The translations under genes were made by a program, and so were the position numbers. From Methanotrichaceae archaeon (GTDB lineage Archaea; Halobacteriota; Methanosarcinia; Methanotrichales; Methanotrichaceae), in contig CAVVKN010000014.1 of assembly GCA_963748825.1 (NCBI GenBank), positions 1-30,126 of the forward strand: 30,126 nt of DNA. Reading direction: 5' to 3'. Positions 28,533 to 30,126 of the stretch are shown piece after piece. The first letter of the stretch is position 1; each line of letters begins with the position of its first letter. Below the pieces are notes generated by a model. It had not been told where the DNA came from. It worked only from the letters and a program-made list of their open reading frames with translations, and searched no databases.

Positions 28533-28603
28533 TTCTCACAAGATGCAGGAAAGGCTCTTTCAGACCGATAATTTTATATCCGTTTAATGTCGTTAGATTT
28601 TTA

Positions 28604-28658
28604 AGCAAAGGTCGAAATATCACAATCCCTCCCAAGGAATCGACTTTTGCTCCCTCCC
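28604..28658 (+). ncRNA. Putative anti-Shine-Dalgarno hairpin sRNA, copy 3
   Basis: AGCAAAGGTCGA/TCGACTTTTGCT stem, loop containing AATCCCTCCC, tail CCCTCCC. CCGATAA-TTTTATAT lies 30 nt upstream (28574). Confidence 0.65.
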
Positions 28659-28724
28659 ATTATCAACCACGTCGATCGCCTAAGCCGAAAGGCTTATATT
28701 CGTCAAGCGTCGTAACCATGCATT

Positions 28725-28778
28725 GGCAAGAGTCAAGCATTTTAATCCCTCCTACACCACTGGCTTTTGCTATTCCTC
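28725..28778 (+). ncRNA. Putative anti-Shine-Dalgarno hairpin sRNA, copy 4
   Basis: GGCAAGAGTCA/TGGCTTTTGCT stem, loop containing AATCCCTCCT. CCGAAAGGC-TTATAT starts 31 nt upstream (28694). Confidence 0.6.
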
Positions 28779-28824
28779 GTTATTCGCTTGTTTTAGATAT
28801 CGCAGGCACTGTAGCCTCCTTTTT

Positions 28825-29068
28825 ATGCCAGATCCTGTGCATCACCGACACGCACATCCAGGAATGGGATGACATCAAAAAGGCCTTCGGAGAAGGGAAA
28901 GCCGTGCTCTTCTGCATCGACCTGGCCTACAAGGATAAGCATGTTGAAGAAGCGCTGGCGGGTTTAGGCATGGTGTACAACATCAACCGCCCGGAGGATC
29001 TTGTCTCTCTGGTGGTGGATGTCGCAGGGCGAGTCTATTGCGGGGAAAGTTTTATCTACTCGCAGTAG
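28825..29068 (+). CDS. Small hypothetical protein (probably about 80 aa, start apparently frameshifted)
   Basis: The GC-richer 3' part of ORF 28520..29068 (QILCITDTHIQEWDD…ESFIYSQ) looks coding. ATG at 28825 is one base out of frame. The 5' part of that ORF merely crosses the hairpin array. Confidence 0.4.
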
Positions 29069-29084
29069 ACTGCAATTCTGGCGT

Positions 29085-29156
29085 GCCGGGATAGGGTAGT
29101 GGTTATCCTGAGGGACTGTGGATCCCTCGAGCTGGGTTCGAATCCCGGTCCCGGCC
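29085..29156 (+). tRNA. tRNA-His (anticodon GTG)
   Basis: GCCGGGA/TCCCGGC acceptor, AGGGA-CTGTGGA-TCCCT anticodon arm, GGTTCGAATCC T-loop and C73 discriminator. GAAAG-TTTTAT promoter at about 29045-29055. Confidence 0.95.
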
Positions 29157-29489
29157 CCTAAATCGATTTTATGCAAATTATATATTAGAATTTCAATGAT
29201 AGGCTCGTTTTTTCTCACTTTGCATTATCTGCTAACCGCCTTCTCGAATGTCATGTTCTCCCCCGGCCCCCAGCGCATCTTGATGTCCTGCCATTTGGCC
29301 AAGTACAAAGCCAGTTCTCTCCAAAAAGCGCTCAGTCACTCCCGTCTCTGGCGATCGCTCCAGCCCTCCGCGGAGCCGTCCAGCTCGCGGGCTTCGCTGC
29401 CGGGCCACGGCCTCCTCACAGCCGCACGAACCCGCAGTCCACACGCGCGCGGGCGGGGCCGCATGGCTCCGGCATCGCTTGAATCAGGC

Positions 29490-29735
29490 TTATGCCTTTA
29501 GCGCCACTTCTCCCGCCGCTAGAGGCTTTGCCAAGAGCTTTCCCGCGAAAAATTCCTCCATAACCTCATCTATCTTCTCAGAGATTTCAGGAGTGATATA
29601 CGCTTCATCGCAGCAATCACACACCAGAGCAGGAACGTCCCTAATGACGATTACTTCATTCTTTACTTTAACAACAAATTCTTTTTTACCTTCGTGCAGC
29701 TTGCCCTTGCAGCAACCACAAGTATCTGGAATCAT
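29490..29735 (-). CDS. YgiT-type zinc-finger (MqsA-like) antitoxin
   Basis: CGCCKG…VIRDVPALVCDCCDEAY. Start ATG 29735 in an ATGA overlap with the upstream gene. Confidence 0.85.
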   Translation of the reverse strand: MIPDTCGCCKGKLHEGKKEFVVKVKNEVIVIRDVPALVCDCCDEAYITPEISEKIDEVMEEFFAGKLLAKPLAAGEVALKA

Positions 29736-30061
29736 TCGTTTTTCCTCAGGCAGTAATTTATCCATCTCTCTTCATCAGGCCAATATACTGTGATGATCCG
29801 CAAGTGGTCCTGGCAACAGGCCACAACTGCGTGACACGGACGGCCGGACACAAGCCCCATTATGAGAACTGCTGGACACGGCTCCTTGTCCGGATACTCC
29901 TCTATTATCTCTCCGTTGATTATTAAGTCTACCAGGTCCCTGTTGAAGATGCGCCTTTCAAACATCCTGGCGCGGGCGTGAAAAGTCAGCCGATAGTTGC
30001 GTTCGTAAACATTCTTTTTAATTTCATCGATGAGGCTAATTGGTTTCACCTCTTTGACCAT
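29732..30061 (-). CDS. DUF4258-domain putative toxin
   Basis: TFHARARMFER…GEIIEEYPD…LIMG…HAVV…IITVYWPD…W. Confidence 0.85.
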   Translation of the reverse strand: MVKEVKPISLIDEIKKNVYERNYRLTFHARARMFERRIFNRDLVDLIINGEIIEEYPDKEPCPAVLIMGLVSGRPCHAVVACCQDHLRIITVYWPDEERWINYCLRKNE

Positions 30062-30126
30062 TCAACGCCGATTGGTATCTCAGATTCAGGTCTTCCGCTG
30101 CATGGATCATAACCTTTTCGCATCTC

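Noticed and set aside
28259-28753. Four minus-strand small peptides initiated from the GGAGG + start codon in each loop
   Set aside because: The peptides (e.g. MVVDFCLKLTP…, MLDSCQCMVT…) differ in length and sequence, copy 3 is in another frame, and G-U pairs and promoters indicate the + strand.
28298-28778. CRISPR array interpretation of the four repeats
   Set aside because: Units are about 55 nt, internally variable, spaced 121-180 nt apart and each has its own TATA box. No cas genes are in the window.
29225-29470. GC-rich remnant downstream of tRNA-His, possibly a GNAT fragment or att-site scar
   Set aside because: Only vague similarity spread over several frames. No duplicated tRNA 3' end or integrase is visible in the window.

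Overview
Archaeal chromosome window, most likely from a methanogen of the Methanothrix/Methanosarcinales type. This is inferred from methanogenesis marker 11, an Fe-S-containing RpoD, archaeal DnaG/MCM/Pth2/Nmd3 and BRE-TATA promoters. Almost all genes are on the minus strand. The left end carries tRNA-Leu(GAG) and the rps13-rps4-rps11-rpoD operon. A roughly 9 kb accessory region (about 2.6-11.6 kb) follows between rps13 and aroA. It holds an AT-rich three-gene Lamassu/ABC-3C defence system with a Cap4-type nuclease effector, a VapBC pair, orphan antitoxins, decayed cyclase and HsdS remnants, and two extra degenerate copies of the aroA 3' end that separate the cassettes. The core block is aroA (frameshifted), iorA-like, mmp11, truD, pth2, dnaG, nmd3 and DUF424. 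Next comes a TnpB-only IS200/IS605 element whose right end overlaps the mcm stop codon, then mcm with a Ser-initiated mini-intein, and a pfkB-fba-gpmA-(HprK/PEPCK-like P-loop) cluster. The most striking unannotated signal is at 28260-28780: four tandem units, each a BRE-TATA promoter followed about 30 nt later by a covarying hairpin whose loop is antisense to a Shine-Dalgarno sequence plus start codon. This is a candidate array of anti-RBS small RNAs. The window ends with tRNA-His(GTG) and a DUF4258/YgiT-zinc-finger pair. All calls come from reading the sequence and recognising motifs; no searches were run.
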